A stretch of DNA of 64,000 nt from assembly GCA_963749915.1 (NCBI GenBank), contig CAVVOP010000019.1, positions 1 through 64,000 of the forward strand. The letters run 5' to 3'. Below are positions 42,501 through 52,824 of the stretch, in pieces (the first letter of the stretch is position 1; each line of letters starts with the position of its first letter). Under the pieces are notes generated by a model that was given only the letters and a program-made list of their open reading frames with translations, did not search any database and had not been told where the DNA came from. The stretch comes from an uncultured cyanobacterium (GTDB taxonomy: Bacteria; Cyanobacteriota; Cyanobacteriia; Cyanobacteriales; Cyanobacteriaceae). A program made the translations under genes and the position numbers.

Positions 42501-43229
42501 AACGCCCCTCTTGCCGTCACCAAAGCTGCCGTTTTATATGTTTTTCGCACCCTTGTTGACGATGACATTCCCTTGAATGCTGGTTGTCTTCAACCTCTGA
42601 ATATCATTATCCCCCAAGGCTGTATGCTTAACCCCCAATATCCTGCACCTGTGGTAGCGGGTAATGTGGAAACTTCCCAAAATATCACTGATTGTCTTTA
42701 TGGTGCTTTAGGTATTATGGCTAACTCTCAAGGTACTATGAATAATTTTACCTTCGGTAACGCTAAATATCAATATTATGAGACAATTTGCGGTGGTTCG
42801 GGGGCAGGTTACAATTATCATGGCACAGACGCCATACAGACGAATATGACCAACTCTCGTTTAACCGATCCAGAAGTACTAGAAGACCGTTTTCCTGTGC
42901 GAATAGAACATTTTGGAATCCGAAGCCACAGCGGAGGAGACGGAAAATTTAAGGGTGGAAATGGGGTGATTCGGGCGATCCGTTTTTTAGAACCGATGAC
43001 GGCGGGAATTTTATCTAGTAAAAGAGTTGTTTCTCCTCTAGGATTAAAAGGGGGAAAAGACGGAAAAAAAGGCAAAAATTATCTTATCAAAAAAGATGGT
43101 TCAAAATTAAATTTATCGGGGAATGCTACAGTTAAAGTCGATGTTGATGATTTGTTTGTCATTAAAACTCCAGGGGGGGGAGGATTTTTTTCTCCTATCA
43201 CTTCTCATCTACCTGAATTAAAGTTCTAG
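39570..43229 (+). CDS. 5-oxoprolinase (fused hydantoinase A/B)
   Basis: DRGGTFTD, SGPAGG, DMGGTSTD, NIKERLDFSC, TPGGGG. Confidence 0.95.
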   Translation: MVKKQEKWQFWVDRGGTFTDIVALNPDKQIITHKLLSENPEHYQSAPIEGIRRIMGVAEGKPLPTEDIKVIKIGTTVATNALLERKGEEVVLVINKGFRDALRIGYQNRPDIFARHIILPEMLYREVVEVSGRFSATGEELQPVNPQKLEKDLQKIFARGIRSCAIVLLHGYRYHDHELQIQAIAAKIGFTQISVSHQVSNLIKLVSRGDTTVVDAYLSPVLKAYLSEVEDNLQTTPNQPLPQLMFMQSNGGLVDGKYFQGKDSILSGPAGGIVGAVKTCQKAGFQKIITFDMGGTSTDVAHYAGEFERNFETEIAGVRLRSPMMAIHTVAAGGGSICHFDGNRYRVGPESAGANPGPACYGKGGDLTITDSNVLLGKIQPDFFPQVFGKNADQPLDLNIVKDKFTQLQQQLKTEIKIEEIAQGFLTIAVEKMTNAIKKISLQKGYNVSEYILCCFGAAGGQHACLIAEKLGMETIVIHPLAGVLSAYGIGLAEMRVIKEKTLNLLLSEGSMDIVKIEYSYLENRAKQELRQQIKIDNSIIEIKPKIYLKYQGTDSSLEINFSNYQEMIGEFNCRHQQQYGFILPEKALIIEQISLELISPTYQEKEPSITNKIEEGSPPVTTVKMYTKNRWYDTPVYQRDKIATHQKITAPALIMESTGTNVIEIGWQGEITERGDLIITKINNQSPQLIAGYNQNQNQPHPILLEIFNNLFRFIAEEMGISLQNTSYSVNIKERLDFSCAIFDHNGELVANAPHIPVHLGSMSESIKALINDGKINLQKGDVYLTNNPYNGGTHLPDITAITPIFTNSNNQPDFYVASRGHHADIGGLTPGSMPPNSKNIGEEGILIDNFCVVKEGKLQENQLHNLLNNSPYPVRNYEQNLGDLKAQVAANKKGVQELINLVNTYNLTTVKNYMQFVQENAESCVKKAIQSLQNGEFITELDNGARIQVKITINQDNSTALIDFTGTSPQLDNNFNAPLAVTKAAVLYVFRTLVDDDIPLNAGCLQPLNIIIPQGCMLNPQYPAPVVAGNVETSQNITDCLYGALGIMANSQGTMNNFTFGNAKYQYYETICGGSGAGYNYHGTDAIQTNMTNSRLTDPEVLEDRFPVRIEHFGIRSHSGGDGKFKGGNGVIRAIRFLEPMTAGILSSKRVVSPLGLKGGKDGKKGKNYLIKKDGSKLNLSGNATVKVDVDDLFVIKTPGGGGFFSPITSHLPELKF

Positions 43230-43269
43230 CAAAAATTGATAATAATTTTTAATTACCCTAGGATATACC

Positions 43270-43413
43270 AGCAATCAGGAATCATTCGTGAGAATCAAAT
43301 AATTGTTTTAAAAGGATTCAGAATCCAGAATCCAGTATTGAGTGGAATAATTCTGACTCCCGACTCCTGACTCCTAGTCTCACCAAAATCTCACAAATCA
43401 AAACTGATTGCTA
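43270..43413. mobile_element. MITE with internal inverted heptamer repeats
   Basis: AGCAATCAG..GTGAGA and TCTCAC..CTGATTGCTA ends; CAGAATC and CTGACTC repeats inside. Confidence 0.6.
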
Positions 43414-43579
43414 TAGAACTTTATTGAAAATAATTAGCGTTTAAGCGGATAAATTGCAAAGGAAATGCTCAAGGGGAAAAAATGAACTCTCTTTTTAAAA
43501 AATCTGCTTCATCGGTAATAGAAAAAAAAACTACGGTGAGCTAAAATTGATCAAATAATAGCAAAGAGAATTTAAGATA

Positions 43580-45499
43580 ATGCACTTAAGTGAAATAACT
43601 CACCCGAATCAATTAAACGGTTTATCCATACGACAGCTAGAAGATATTGCTCAACAGATACGAGAGAAACACTTACAGACGATCGCCGCTACAGGAGGAC
43701 ATTTAGGACCGGGATTGGGGGTAGTAGAGTTAACTATTGGCTTATATCAAACCCTAGATTTAGATAGAGATAAAGTAATTTGGGATGTAGGACATCAGGC
43801 TTATCCCCATAAATTATTAACAGGAAGATACCATAATTTTCAGACCTTACGACAAAAAGATGGCGTTGCTGGGTATTTAAAACGCAGTGAGAACAAATTT
43901 GACCATTTTGGTGCGGGACACGCTTCTACGAGTATCTCCGCAGGGTTGGGCATGGCTTTAGCCCGGGATAGCAAGGGCGAAAATTACAAAGTAGTGTCCA
44001 TTATCGGCGATGGTGCATTGACAGGGGGTATGGCATTAGAAGCTATTAACCACGCAGGGCATTTACCCAATACTAACTTGATGGTAGTCTTAAATGACAA
44101 TGAAATGTCCATTTCTCCTAACGTGGGTGCGATTTCCCGTTATTTGAATAAAGTGCGTTTATCAGATCCGGTTCAATTTATCACTGATAATTTAGAAGAA
44201 CAATTTAAGCATTTTCCTTTCTTTGGTGACGGTGAGAAATTATCCCCAGAGATGAAAAACCTCAAAGAAGCGATGAAACGTCTTGCTATGCCTAAAGTTG
44301 GGGCAGTAATTGAGGAGTTAGGTTTTACTTATTTTGGTCCTATTGATGGTCATAATTTAAAGGAATTAATTGATACTTTTAACAAAGCACATAAGGTGAA
44401 AGGACCTGTTTTAGTCCATGTTGTCACTGTCAAAGGTAAAGGTTATACCCTCGCTGAGAAAGATCAAGTGGGTTATCATGCACAAAGCCCCTTCAATTTA
44501 ACTACAGGAAAACCGATTCCGTCCAATAAACCCAAACCTCCTAGTTATTCTAAGGTTTTCGCCCATACTCTCACCACTTTGGCTCAAAATAACCCCAAAA
44601 TTATCGGTATCACGGCGGCGATGGCAACAGGTACAGGTTTAGACAAGTTACAGCAAAAATTACCTAAGCAATATATCGATGTCGGTATCGCAGAACAACA
44701 TGCTGTCACTTTAGCCGCCGGTTTGGCTTGTGAAGGAATGCGTCCTGTGGTGGCTATTTACTCCACCTTCTTACAACGGGCTTACGATCAAATTATCCAT
44801 GATGTTTGTATTCAAAAATTACCAGTATTTTTCTGTTTAGACAGGGCGGGAATTGTGGGGGCAGATGGTCCTACTCATCAAGGGATGTATGATATATCCT
44901 ATCTCCGTTGTGTCCCCAATCTTGTGCTCATGGCACCTAAAGATGAGGCAGAATTACAGCGTATGACGGTGACGGGTATTAATTATACTGATGGTGCCAT
45001 CGCCATGCGTTATCCTCGTGGTAATGGTGTGGGTGTGCCTTTAGCGGAAGAAGGTTGGGAAGGACTCGAAATTGGCAAGGGTGAAATTTTACGTAACGGT
45101 GACGATTTGTTATTAGTGGGTTATGGCACGATGGTTAATACTGCAATGCAAACCGCCGAAATTTTGAGCGAACATGGTATAGAAGCCACCGTTATTAATG
45201 CCCGTTTTGTTAAACCCCTTGATACCGATTTAATTTTACCCTTAGCCGAGAAAATTGGTAAAGTCGCCACCCTTGAAGAAGGTTGTTTAATGGGTGGTTT
45301 TGGTTCAGCCATTGCCGAAGCCTTATTGGATAACGATGTCATGGCCAAATTAAAACGCTTTGGTGTACCCGATATTTTAGTAGATCATGCCACGCCCAAT
45401 GAGTCCATTGCGGATTTAGGGTTAACTAGCCGTCAAATTTCTGAGCAGATTTTAGACTCCTTTTTTGCGGAAAAACCATCTTTAGCAATTAGCAATTAG
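43580..45499 (+). CDS. dxs: 1-deoxy-D-xylulose-5-phosphate synthase
   Basis: [35 protein letters not shown]. Confidence 0.98.
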   Translation: MHLSEITHPNQLNGLSIRQLEDIAQQIREKHLQTIAATGGHLGPGLGVVELTIGLYQTLDLDRDKVIWDVGHQAYPHKLLTGRYHNFQTLRQKDGVAGYLKRSENKFDHFGAGHASTSISAGLGMALARDSKGENYKVVSIIGDGALTGGMALEAINHAGHLPNTNLMVVLNDNEMSISPNVGAISRYLNKVRLSDPVQFITDNLEEQFKHFPFFGDGEKLSPEMKNLKEAMKRLAMPKVGAVIEELGFTYFGPIDGHNLKELIDTFNKAHKVKGPVLVHVVTVKGKGYTLAEKDQVGYHAQSPFNLTTGKPIPSNKPKPPSYSKVFAHTLTTLAQNNPKIIGITAAMATGTGLDKLQQKLPKQYIDVGIAEQHAVTLAAGLACEGMRPVVAIYSTFLQRAYDQIIHDVCIQKLPVFFCLDRAGIVGADGPTHQGMYDISYLRCVPNLVLMAPKDEAELQRMTVTGINYTDGAIAMRYPRGNGVGVPLAEEGWEGLEIGKGEILRNGDDLLLVGYGTMVNTAMQTAEILSEHGIEATVINARFVKPLDTDLILPLAEKIGKVATLEEGCLMGGFGSAIAEALLDNDVMAKLKRFGVPDILVDHATPNESIADLGLTSRQISEQILDSFFAEKPSLAISN

Positions 45500-45667
45500 C
45501 CATTGGCAATTTATCCCCTCCCCCGTTGAAAGAGTCTTTGGGGCGAAGGTTTCAAGAAATTTGCACAAAATAATTGGCTATGGTTTTAGAAGAAGTGAGT
45601 AAAATTCTTGATGATTATTTCAAAAGTCTTAAGCAAAAAAGAAATTCCTCACTCCTGTATTCCCTTC

Positions 45668-46609
45668 CTAATTATCTTTTGAAAAGTCATCGAACTCACA
45701 TAGCCTTAAATCCCAGTTCAAAGTTATTTTGTCTGTTACCCAAGCAGTAATTAGGCTGTTAACTTCTTCGGGTACTTCATCATGGGGACAATGACCAGCT
45801 TTGAGATAATATTCTGTTAAATTATCATAATATTTCTTGAATTTTTCCCCTCTTTCCTGGGATCGCATCCAAGGATCAGCTTCACCCCAAATATTAAGCA
45901 AAGGACAGGTCATTTTCTGTAGTAATTGATCAATTTTTTCCCCTTGAGGACTTTTAAATACAGAGCCAAACACTTGTAAAGCTCCTTGATCACAAGAAGG
46001 ACGGTAAATATCTTCTACCAATTGATCTGTGATGGCGGTAGAATCTAAATAGACTTTTTCAAGGGTTTTGCGGATGTTTTTCTTGTTGCGTAATCGTTGA
46101 AATAAAATATAGGTAATCCAATTTTGTTTTAATACCCAACCGCTAATTTTTTGCGTCACAGTAGGCTTTGTTGCTACCGTATCAGAAAAAGGACCTGCAC
46201 TATTGAGTAAAATAACCCCTGCCACATTATGATGATACTCGGCGGCGGTACATAAACAGGCATAACCCCCCAAAGAGTTACCAGCGATAACCGTAGGTTG
46301 CTTAATTACTTCTGTGATGAAATCATTTAATTGCTCTCGCCACAGATTACCAGTATATTCCCACCCTGGTTTACCCGATCTGCCAAATCCTAACATATCG
46401 ATGGCCCACACAGAGAAACTTTCTTGTAATTGATGAATATTTTTGCGCCAGTGGTCAGTGGATGCCCCAAAACCATGTACTAATAATAAAGGTGGTTTAT
46501 CCCCTTTTTGTTGTCCTGATTGTATATAGTATATTTTTTCCCCCCGCCACTGCCAATAATTGCCTTCAACGGCGGGTACATGATGAATGGAATTGCTAGT
46601 TATAGTCAT
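45668..46609 (-). CDS. Alpha/beta-fold hydrolase
   Basis: HGFGAS, GNSLGG, GHCPHDE. Confidence 0.9.
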   Translation of the reverse strand: MTITSNSIHHVPAVEGNYWQWRGEKIYYIQSGQQKGDKPPLLLVHGFGASTDHWRKNIHQLQESFSVWAIDMLGFGRSGKPGWEYTGNLWREQLNDFITEVIKQPTVIAGNSLGGYACLCTAAEYHHNVAGVILLNSAGPFSDTVATKPTVTQKISGWVLKQNWITYILFQRLRNKKNIRKTLEKVYLDSTAITDQLVEDIYRPSCDQGALQVFGSVFKSPQGEKIDQLLQKMTCPLLNIWGEADPWMRSQERGEKFKKYYDNLTEYYLKAGHCPHDEVPEEVNSLITAWVTDKITLNWDLRLCEFDDFSKDN

Positions 46610-46796
46610 TGATGTTATATTGCAGTTTATTAAGTTATGTTAACTATTATAAACCTCCTCCGATAAAATTCGGTAAAGAATAGAAGACTAGAAGATTTTT
46701 GTGCTCAATAATTAACCATAATTATAGTTTTGTAGTACAGTAAGTTTTAAAAAAACTAACGTATTTTCATTGGTAAAAACTGTTATATCATTATCA

Positions 46797-48221
46797 TTAT
46801 TTGCTCAGTTTATTAAATAAAAATATTTGCTCTTTTTCATGGATTAATTTAAAGTTTTCTTGTTTTTTTAAAAAGTTAATTAACTCTTTTATTTTTTCAG
46901 GAGAACTACCAAATCCGGGATTATCTAAGTTAAGTAAAATGTAGTGAATATCATTGATATTATCATAATTAAAATCATCCGTTGCTAAATAAATCTCTTC
47001 TCTATGACTTAGGTGAGGAACTATTTGTGCCGCCGTTAAAACTGATGCTTTTTTATCAATTAAATTAATAGCTTCATTTGTCGATCGCCATGTAGGTAAA
47101 TTTTTCATGTACAAAGAATTGGGGAAAAAATATACATATTTAGCTAAAACTAAAAAGGCTATTAATGACCAAATTCTTATTTGATAACTTTTCTCAAACC
47201 AAGTCTTATGATTGGCTAAACTAGCTATAATTGTTAAAATTAAAAAGGGAATAATGGGTAAAGAATATTGGTGTATTAAATCTTTTTGAGGTTGATAATC
47301 CGTCAATAAATTGAGAAATAAAGTCGGGATTGCTGGAATTAAATTAGTCAATTCTTGCCAGGCTAAAACTGGAATAACAGGAATAAATAATAATAATAAA
47401 TACTCAAAATTAGCACCAGTAAATAAATAGGAGAAAATAATTTGGGGTTTTAAGATTAAATTTAATAAAATTTCTGTTACCGAATCTCCTAAAAAAGTGT
47501 ATCTACCAACGGCGGCGGCTTCTGCACCACTAAAGTACGGAATAATTAATTGAGTGGCAATAATAAACCAAAAAATGCCACTAAAAATTGCTATCATTCC
47601 ATAGGTTTTTTTGCGATGAAAAAATATTAACCATATACCCATCATGGCCACTGTTAAAGCTAATACCGCTTTACATCCTAAGATGAAAATAATGGAGGAA
47701 ATAAACCAATAAATTTTATTTAATCTTACGGCTAAAATGGCAGTAAAAAATAAAGGTACGGCAATTACTTCTGGATGAAAGTCAAATAAATTAACATTAA
47801 AAATTAGGGGATATAATATATATATTAAACAAACAGTTCTTGCTTTTGAATCCGTTAAATCCATCAACTTCGCTAAATGCCAAATGGGTAAAATTGCGAT
47901 CGCTAAAGCAAAAGCCTGTAAAATAAATAACCAATAAACCGAAGGAAAAATAACATATAAAGGTGCAATTAAATATAAAATCCAAGCGGCATGATCACCT
48001 AAAATATGTAATTCTCGGAAACTAACATAAGGATTTTTTCCTTGGGAAATAAGATAGATACCATTATCAAAAATACCTAAATCATAAGCTGTAGAACTAA
48101 ATAAAAGATGACGAAAACTACTGGCTAAAAATAGAATAATAAAACCAACGATAATATAACATCTGACATTATTAAAACGGGACACAAATTCCTTCATAAT
48201 TATATGATAATGTTTTGACAA
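46797..48221 (-). CDS. DUF2079-family membrane protein (GT-C-like)
   Basis: YDLGIFD, GDH, FDFHPE, PHLSHR; many TM segments; start uncertain. Confidence 0.85.
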   Translation of the reverse strand: MSKHYHIIMKEFVSRFNNVRCYIIVGFIILFLASSFRHLLFSSTAYDLGIFDNGIYLISQGKNPYVSFRELHILGDHAAWILYLIAPLYVIFPSVYWLFILQAFALAIAILPIWHLAKLMDLTDSKARTVCLIYILYPLIFNVNLFDFHPEVIAVPLFFTAILAVRLNKIYWFISSIIFILGCKAVLALTVAMMGIWLIFFHRKKTYGMIAIFSGIFWFIIATQLIIPYFSGAEAAAVGRYTFLGDSVTEILLNLILKPQIIFSYLFTGANFEYLLLLFIPVIPVLAWQELTNLIPAIPTLFLNLLTDYQPQKDLIHQYSLPIIPFLILTIIASLANHKTWFEKSYQIRIWSLIAFLVLAKYVYFFPNSLYMKNLPTWRSTNEAINLIDKKASVLTAAQIVPHLSHREEIYLATDDFNYDNINDIHYILLNLDNPGFGSSPEKIKELINFLKKQENFKLIHEKEQIFLFNKLSK

Positions 48222-48358
48222 ATTATTTTTATTTATTACACTTAAATCAGAATTTTAAAACAGCACGACTGAGTAATAATAGCTTAACTTTTACCCTATT
48301 AATTAAATTATTTATGTATCCCAAATTATATGATTATGGAAAAAACCAATTATCAATC

Positions 48359-48961
48359 ATGAAATATACTTATATTCTGTTTTATAAACCCTATAACGTA
48401 CTTTGTCAATTTACTGATAATAGCCCTCATGGTGGTGACAGAGAAACCCTTAAAAATTATATTGATATACCCAACATTTATTCTGTCGGACGCTTAGATC
48501 TCGACAGTGAGGGCTTATTATTATTAACAGATAATAATCTAGTAAAACACCGTCTTTGTGAACCTAGCTTTGCCCATCCGCGCACCTATTGGAGTCAGAT
48601 AGAAAACACCCCTTCTCCCCAAGCCTTGCGACAGTTACAACAAGGAGTGATGATTCAAGGTAAAAAAACCAAAAAGGCGATCGCCACTTTATTAACAAAA
48701 GAGCCAGAATTACCACCACGCAACCCTCCTATTCGTTATCGTCGAGAAATTCTCACGGCATGGATAGAGTTAACTTTAACAGAGGGGCGTAATCGTCAAG
48801 TAAGAAAAATGACTGCGTTAGTCGGACATCCAACCTTAAGACTAATTAGGGTAAAAATAGGTATAGATTCCCATTGTGATTTAACTTTAACAGGATTAGA
48901 ACCCGGACAATGGCGTTATTTAACAAAATTTGAACAAAAAAGTCTTGAAAAACTATATTAA
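48359..48961 (+). CDS. rRNA pseudouridine synthase (RluE-like)
   Basis: KPYNVL, GRLDLDSEGLLLLT, EGRNRQVR. Confidence 0.9.
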   Translation: MKYTYILFYKPYNVLCQFTDNSPHGGDRETLKNYIDIPNIYSVGRLDLDSEGLLLLTDNNLVKHRLCEPSFAHPRTYWSQIENTPSPQALRQLQQGVMIQGKKTKKAIATLLTKEPELPPRNPPIRYRREILTAWIELTLTEGRNRQVRKMTALVGHPTLRLIRVKIGIDSHCDLTLTGLEPGQWRYLTKFEQKSLEKLY

Positions 48962-49590
48962 GAAACTGATTTTTTAGCTTGAATAACTTGTAAACTGCCG
49001 CCAGCGTAAAGTTGATTATCAATGATATTAAAACCAGCGCCAGTGAGTTTATCAGCTAAATCCGTTTTTAATAATTGCCATGCGGTTTCCGTTTCAAATA
49101 ACCACATAAATAACGTTAATCCGGGGATGAACAATAAATTTTGCGGTTGATGCAAGTCGATAAAGGTAAAAATTCCCTTTGGTTTTAACACCCGATAAAC
49201 TTCCCGAAAAATCTCCTCTAATTCAGCGGTAGTCATTTCGTGTAAGGCGACGCTAGTATGGACAAAATCAAAAAAATTATCGGCAAAAGGCATTTTTTGG
49301 GCAAATCCTTCGATAAATTCCGCTTGAGGTACATTTTTTCTCGCTTTTTCCAGAGAAACCATCGATATATCTAAACCCGTTACCTGTTGGGAATAGTTGA
49401 CTAAAAATTTTGTGGTTTGCCCCGCACCACAACATAAATCGAGTATCCTACTATCAGGGTTAATGTCAAGATTTTTCAGTGCCAATTGTCGAAAATGTTT
49501 TTCACCGCCAACGGGTATCGCCGCTAGTTTGGCAATGGTATCATATAGCCACTGATATTGATAACTTAAAGGACGCAGAAAGGTTGCCAT
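48958..49590 (-). CDS. Class I SAM-dependent methyltransferase
   Basis: LDLCCGAG motif I. Confidence 0.9.
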   Translation of the reverse strand: MATFLRPLSYQYQWLYDTIAKLAAIPVGGEKHFRQLALKNLDINPDSRILDLCCGAGQTTKFLVNYSQQVTGLDISMVSLEKARKNVPQAEFIEGFAQKMPFADNFFDFVHTSVALHEMTTAELEEIFREVYRVLKPKGIFTFIDLHQPQNLLFIPGLTLFMWLFETETAWQLLKTDLADKLTGAGFNIIDNQLYAGGSLQVIQAKKSVS

Positions 49591-49602
49591 GGTAAAGAAT
49601 AT

Positions 49603-49896
49603 CTATAATTTACTAGAAATCGATCGCAAAACTTCTGGAATTAGGGTATCATCGCTAAATTCTAACATGGTTTCTCGATAACCTAAATAACCTGAATTAG
49701 TAAAAAACAATAGCATCCGACTCAATGCGATCCAAACTTCTGAAGCAAATTCCCAATCTCCATTCATGGGTGTGTAGTCGCTGATAGATTTTAATGCCCA
49801 AAAATAATTATTACGCACGATGGACTTACCTTTTTGATATTGAGGTAAATCTTCTTTATTGATGTAAAGAATGTTATCTTTTATAAATGCTTTCAT
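49603..49896 (-). CDS. Hypothetical protein
   Basis: 97-aa ORF co-oriented with and close to the methyltransferase. Confidence 0.65.
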   Translation of the reverse strand: MKAFIKDNILYINKEDLPQYQKGKSIVRNNYFWALKSISDYTPMNGDWEFASEVWIALSRMLLFFTNSGYLGYRETMLEFSDDTLIPEVLRSISSKL

Positions 49897-50027
49897 GATG
49901 TTTTTTTCATTGTAAAAGGCTTTCTTTATTTTTATTATTCTTACCCAAAGGAACAAAGAATGACATAAATAACGATAAATTATTTAATAATAATATACTT
50001 TGATTTTAGCCTAATTTTAATTTAAAA

Positions 50028-51770
50028 ATGATCCTAGATTTTCGTAATGTTAATACTCTTTGGAGTTCAGTAATTGTTGAAACTTTAGCTAAATTAGGTT
50101 TGAAAAATGCTGTAATTAGTCCAGGTTCACGATCAACCCCTTTAACCATTGCTTTTGCTCGAAATAATCTGATTAATTCTATTCCCATTTTAGACGAAAG
50201 ATCCGCCGCTTTCTTTGCTTTAGGATTGGCTAAAAAAAATAAGATGGCGACAGTTTTAGTCTGTACTTCTGGGACAGCTGGAGCTAACTTTTATCCTGCC
50301 ATTATTGAAGCTAAATATAGTAATATTCCTTTAATTATTTTAACAGCTGATCGCCCTCCTGAATTAAGAAATTGTCGTGCTGGACAAACTATTAATCAAG
50401 TTAACTTATATGGTAATTATCCTAACTGGCAGACAGAATTATCTCTACCTTCTGTAGATTTAGAAAGGTTATTTTATTTACGTCAAACTATTATTTATGC
50501 TTGGGAAACATCCTATTTTCCTTCTAGGGGCGTTGTTCATATCAATATACCATTTCGAGAACCTCTTGCCCCCGTTGCTGAGTCAGAAATTAACAAAGAA
50601 AATCAAACTTTAATCTATGAACAATTATTTGCCAACTTGACCTCTATTAACTTTAATATAACTAACTATAATCTTGATTTAAGTAGGCATTTAAAATTGT
50701 GGCGAACTCACTCTAAAGGAATTATTATTGCAGGGGTCGATTCACCCGATAATCCCCAACTATATTCGGAAGCGATCGCCTTTTTGTCAGAAATATTAAA
50801 TTTTCCCTTATTGGGGGAGGCTTTATCCCCAGTGAGAAATTATAGTCACATCAATGAGAATTTAATTATTAATTATGACAGAATTTTAAGAAATGAGGAA
50901 TATGCCAATAAATTAATACCTAAAATCGCAATTTTATTTGGAGAATATCCGACCAGTAAGCAATTACGACAATGGTTAAATAACCATAAAATTAGGACAT
51001 ATATTATTACTACTAGTAAGGATAATTTAGACGCTTTACATAGCAACTCAATTCATCTTAGAATTAACCCAGAAAATCTCATTAAGTATTTAAAAAATAT
51101 CGAGAAAAAATCATCTCCAAATTATCTCAATAAATGGTTAACTATCGATAAAAAGATAAACATAAATATTAATCAAATGATGGCAAGAAATGAGGAAATA
51201 TTTGAAGGAAAAGTAGCTTGGATGTTATCCCAATATCTCCCAGAAAAAACCCCCATTTTTATTGCCAATAGTATGTCAGTGAGGTATGCAGAATTTTTTT
51301 GGCAAAAAAATAATCGTCAAATACAAGTTTATTTTAGCAGAGGTACCAATGGCATTGATGGAACTTTATCTACTGCTTTAGGCATCGCTTATCAAAACCA
51401 ATCCACTGTATTATTAACGGGAGATTTAGCCCTTCTACATGATACCAATGGTTTTTTAATTAATCAATATTTTCAAGGAAGTTTAACCATTATTGTAATT
51501 AATAATAACGGCGGTGGCATTTTTGAAATGTTACCCATTGCTGATTATCAACCCCTATTTGAAAAATATTTTGCAACCCCTCAATTAGTTAATTTTGCTA
51601 AGTTAACCAAAACCTATAATGTAAATTATAAATTAATAGATAATTGGCAACAATTACAAAACTTACTGAATAATTTGCCTGAAAACGGTATCAATCTTTG
51701 GGAGATAAAAACTAATCGAAAAACTGATACTATATGGTTAAAAGAAAATTTTTTAACCATGCTGACTTGA
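50028..51770 (+). CDS. menD: SEPHCHC synthase (phylloquinone/menaquinone pathway)
   Basis: SPGSRSTPL, DERSAAF, TSGTA, RGTNGIDG, GDLALLHD. Confidence 0.96.
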   Translation: MILDFRNVNTLWSSVIVETLAKLGLKNAVISPGSRSTPLTIAFARNNLINSIPILDERSAAFFALGLAKKNKMATVLVCTSGTAGANFYPAIIEAKYSNIPLIILTADRPPELRNCRAGQTINQVNLYGNYPNWQTELSLPSVDLERLFYLRQTIIYAWETSYFPSRGVVHINIPFREPLAPVAESEINKENQTLIYEQLFANLTSINFNITNYNLDLSRHLKLWRTHSKGIIIAGVDSPDNPQLYSEAIAFLSEILNFPLLGEALSPVRNYSHINENLIINYDRILRNEEYANKLIPKIAILFGEYPTSKQLRQWLNNHKIRTYIITTSKDNLDALHSNSIHLRINPENLIKYLKNIEKKSSPNYLNKWLTIDKKINININQMMARNEEIFEGKVAWMLSQYLPEKTPIFIANSMSVRYAEFFWQKNNRQIQVYFSRGTNGIDGTLSTALGIAYQNQSTVLLTGDLALLHDTNGFLINQYFQGSLTIIVINNNGGGIFEMLPIADYQPLFEKYFATPQLVNFAKLTKTYNVNYKLIDNWQQLQNLLNNLPENGINLWEIKTNRKTDTIWLKENFLTMLT

Positions 51771-51863
51771 GATATAAAATGAAAAAAGATAATAATTTTA
51801 CTAAATGTTTTGCTTCCTTATGTGAGATGTATTAAGATCCTGATTCAGCAAAACTAGTTTTTG

Positions 51864-52724
51864 TTAATTGGGTACTTTTATCACTGAACCTAATAAACTA
51901 ATAAATCCACTACCCCAATGATGAACTTCTAAAAAATTAGCAGATTCTGGTGCAGGTTTATATAGTTTAAAAGTTTTCATAATTCCCAGGGTGGCTATGC
52001 TTTCTAATGCACCAACAAAATTAGTATCCTTATCTAAAAAATATTCTTTTTCTGCCCAATATTTCATCTGTTCATTATTCAAGAAAAAACATCCAGAATG
52101 AGGATTTAAAGCACGACGGAAAATCACGGGATTATTCATAACTTGACCTTTTAATTCTGGTTCGTCATTTACATTTTGGAAAGGTGCAGTTACTCTTGGT
52201 AATAAATCTCCATCAACATAACATTTTCCAGTATATTGATTTAATCCTATTTCATAACGGTTAGGTTGTAATAATTTCTGATAATCTGTTACTAGATTAA
52301 ACCAGTTTAATTTAGTAAAAAATTGAGCATCTCGGATAATTATATCATCTTCTAAGTAACAATAATAGTCATATTTATCGATATTTTCTTGCAAAATTTT
52401 ATGACATTCAAATCCTAATAAAAGCGGCTCTGCATTCGTTGTATAATGTTTAAATAAATCTGGTGGTAGGGAAATTTTATCTATTAAATGATCATCACCA
52501 GTTGTACAAATAACAATATCAATATTTGTACTTTGTAAGTTATTAGCAGGAACAGCGATTTTCCCCCCTATATTTATCATTAATTGCGGTTTTCCGAATA
52601 ATTGTTGTAAAGATAAAATAGAGCTTGTTAGGGCTTGTATTCGAGGTACAGGATCCCGTTGCGAGCCATATTTAGCATTTTCTTGTGGACGAAAAAAATG
52701 AGTAATTGTTACTAATATTTTCAT
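51864..52724 (-). CDS. Hypothetical protein with a GT-A-like EDD motif
   Basis: YDYYCYLEDDII; intact 286-aa ORF. Confidence 0.7.
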   Translation of the reverse strand: MKILVTITHFFRPQENAKYGSQRDPVPRIQALTSSILSLQQLFGKPQLMINIGGKIAVPANNLQSTNIDIVICTTGDDHLIDKISLPPDLFKHYTTNAEPLLLGFECHKILQENIDKYDYYCYLEDDIIIRDAQFFTKLNWFNLVTDYQKLLQPNRYEIGLNQYTGKCYVDGDLLPRVTAPFQNVNDEPELKGQVMNNPVIFRRALNPHSGCFFLNNEQMKYWAEKEYFLDKDTNFVGALESIATLGIMKTFKLYKPAPESANFLEVHHWGSGFISLLGSVIKVPN

Positions 52725-52824
52725 AGTTTTTTACTTAATTAAAATATATAAAAAATTTAACAATTAACGATTTAAAACTGTTTATTTTTGGCTAAATATT
52801 TCTGAATCAAAATTAATTGATCGA

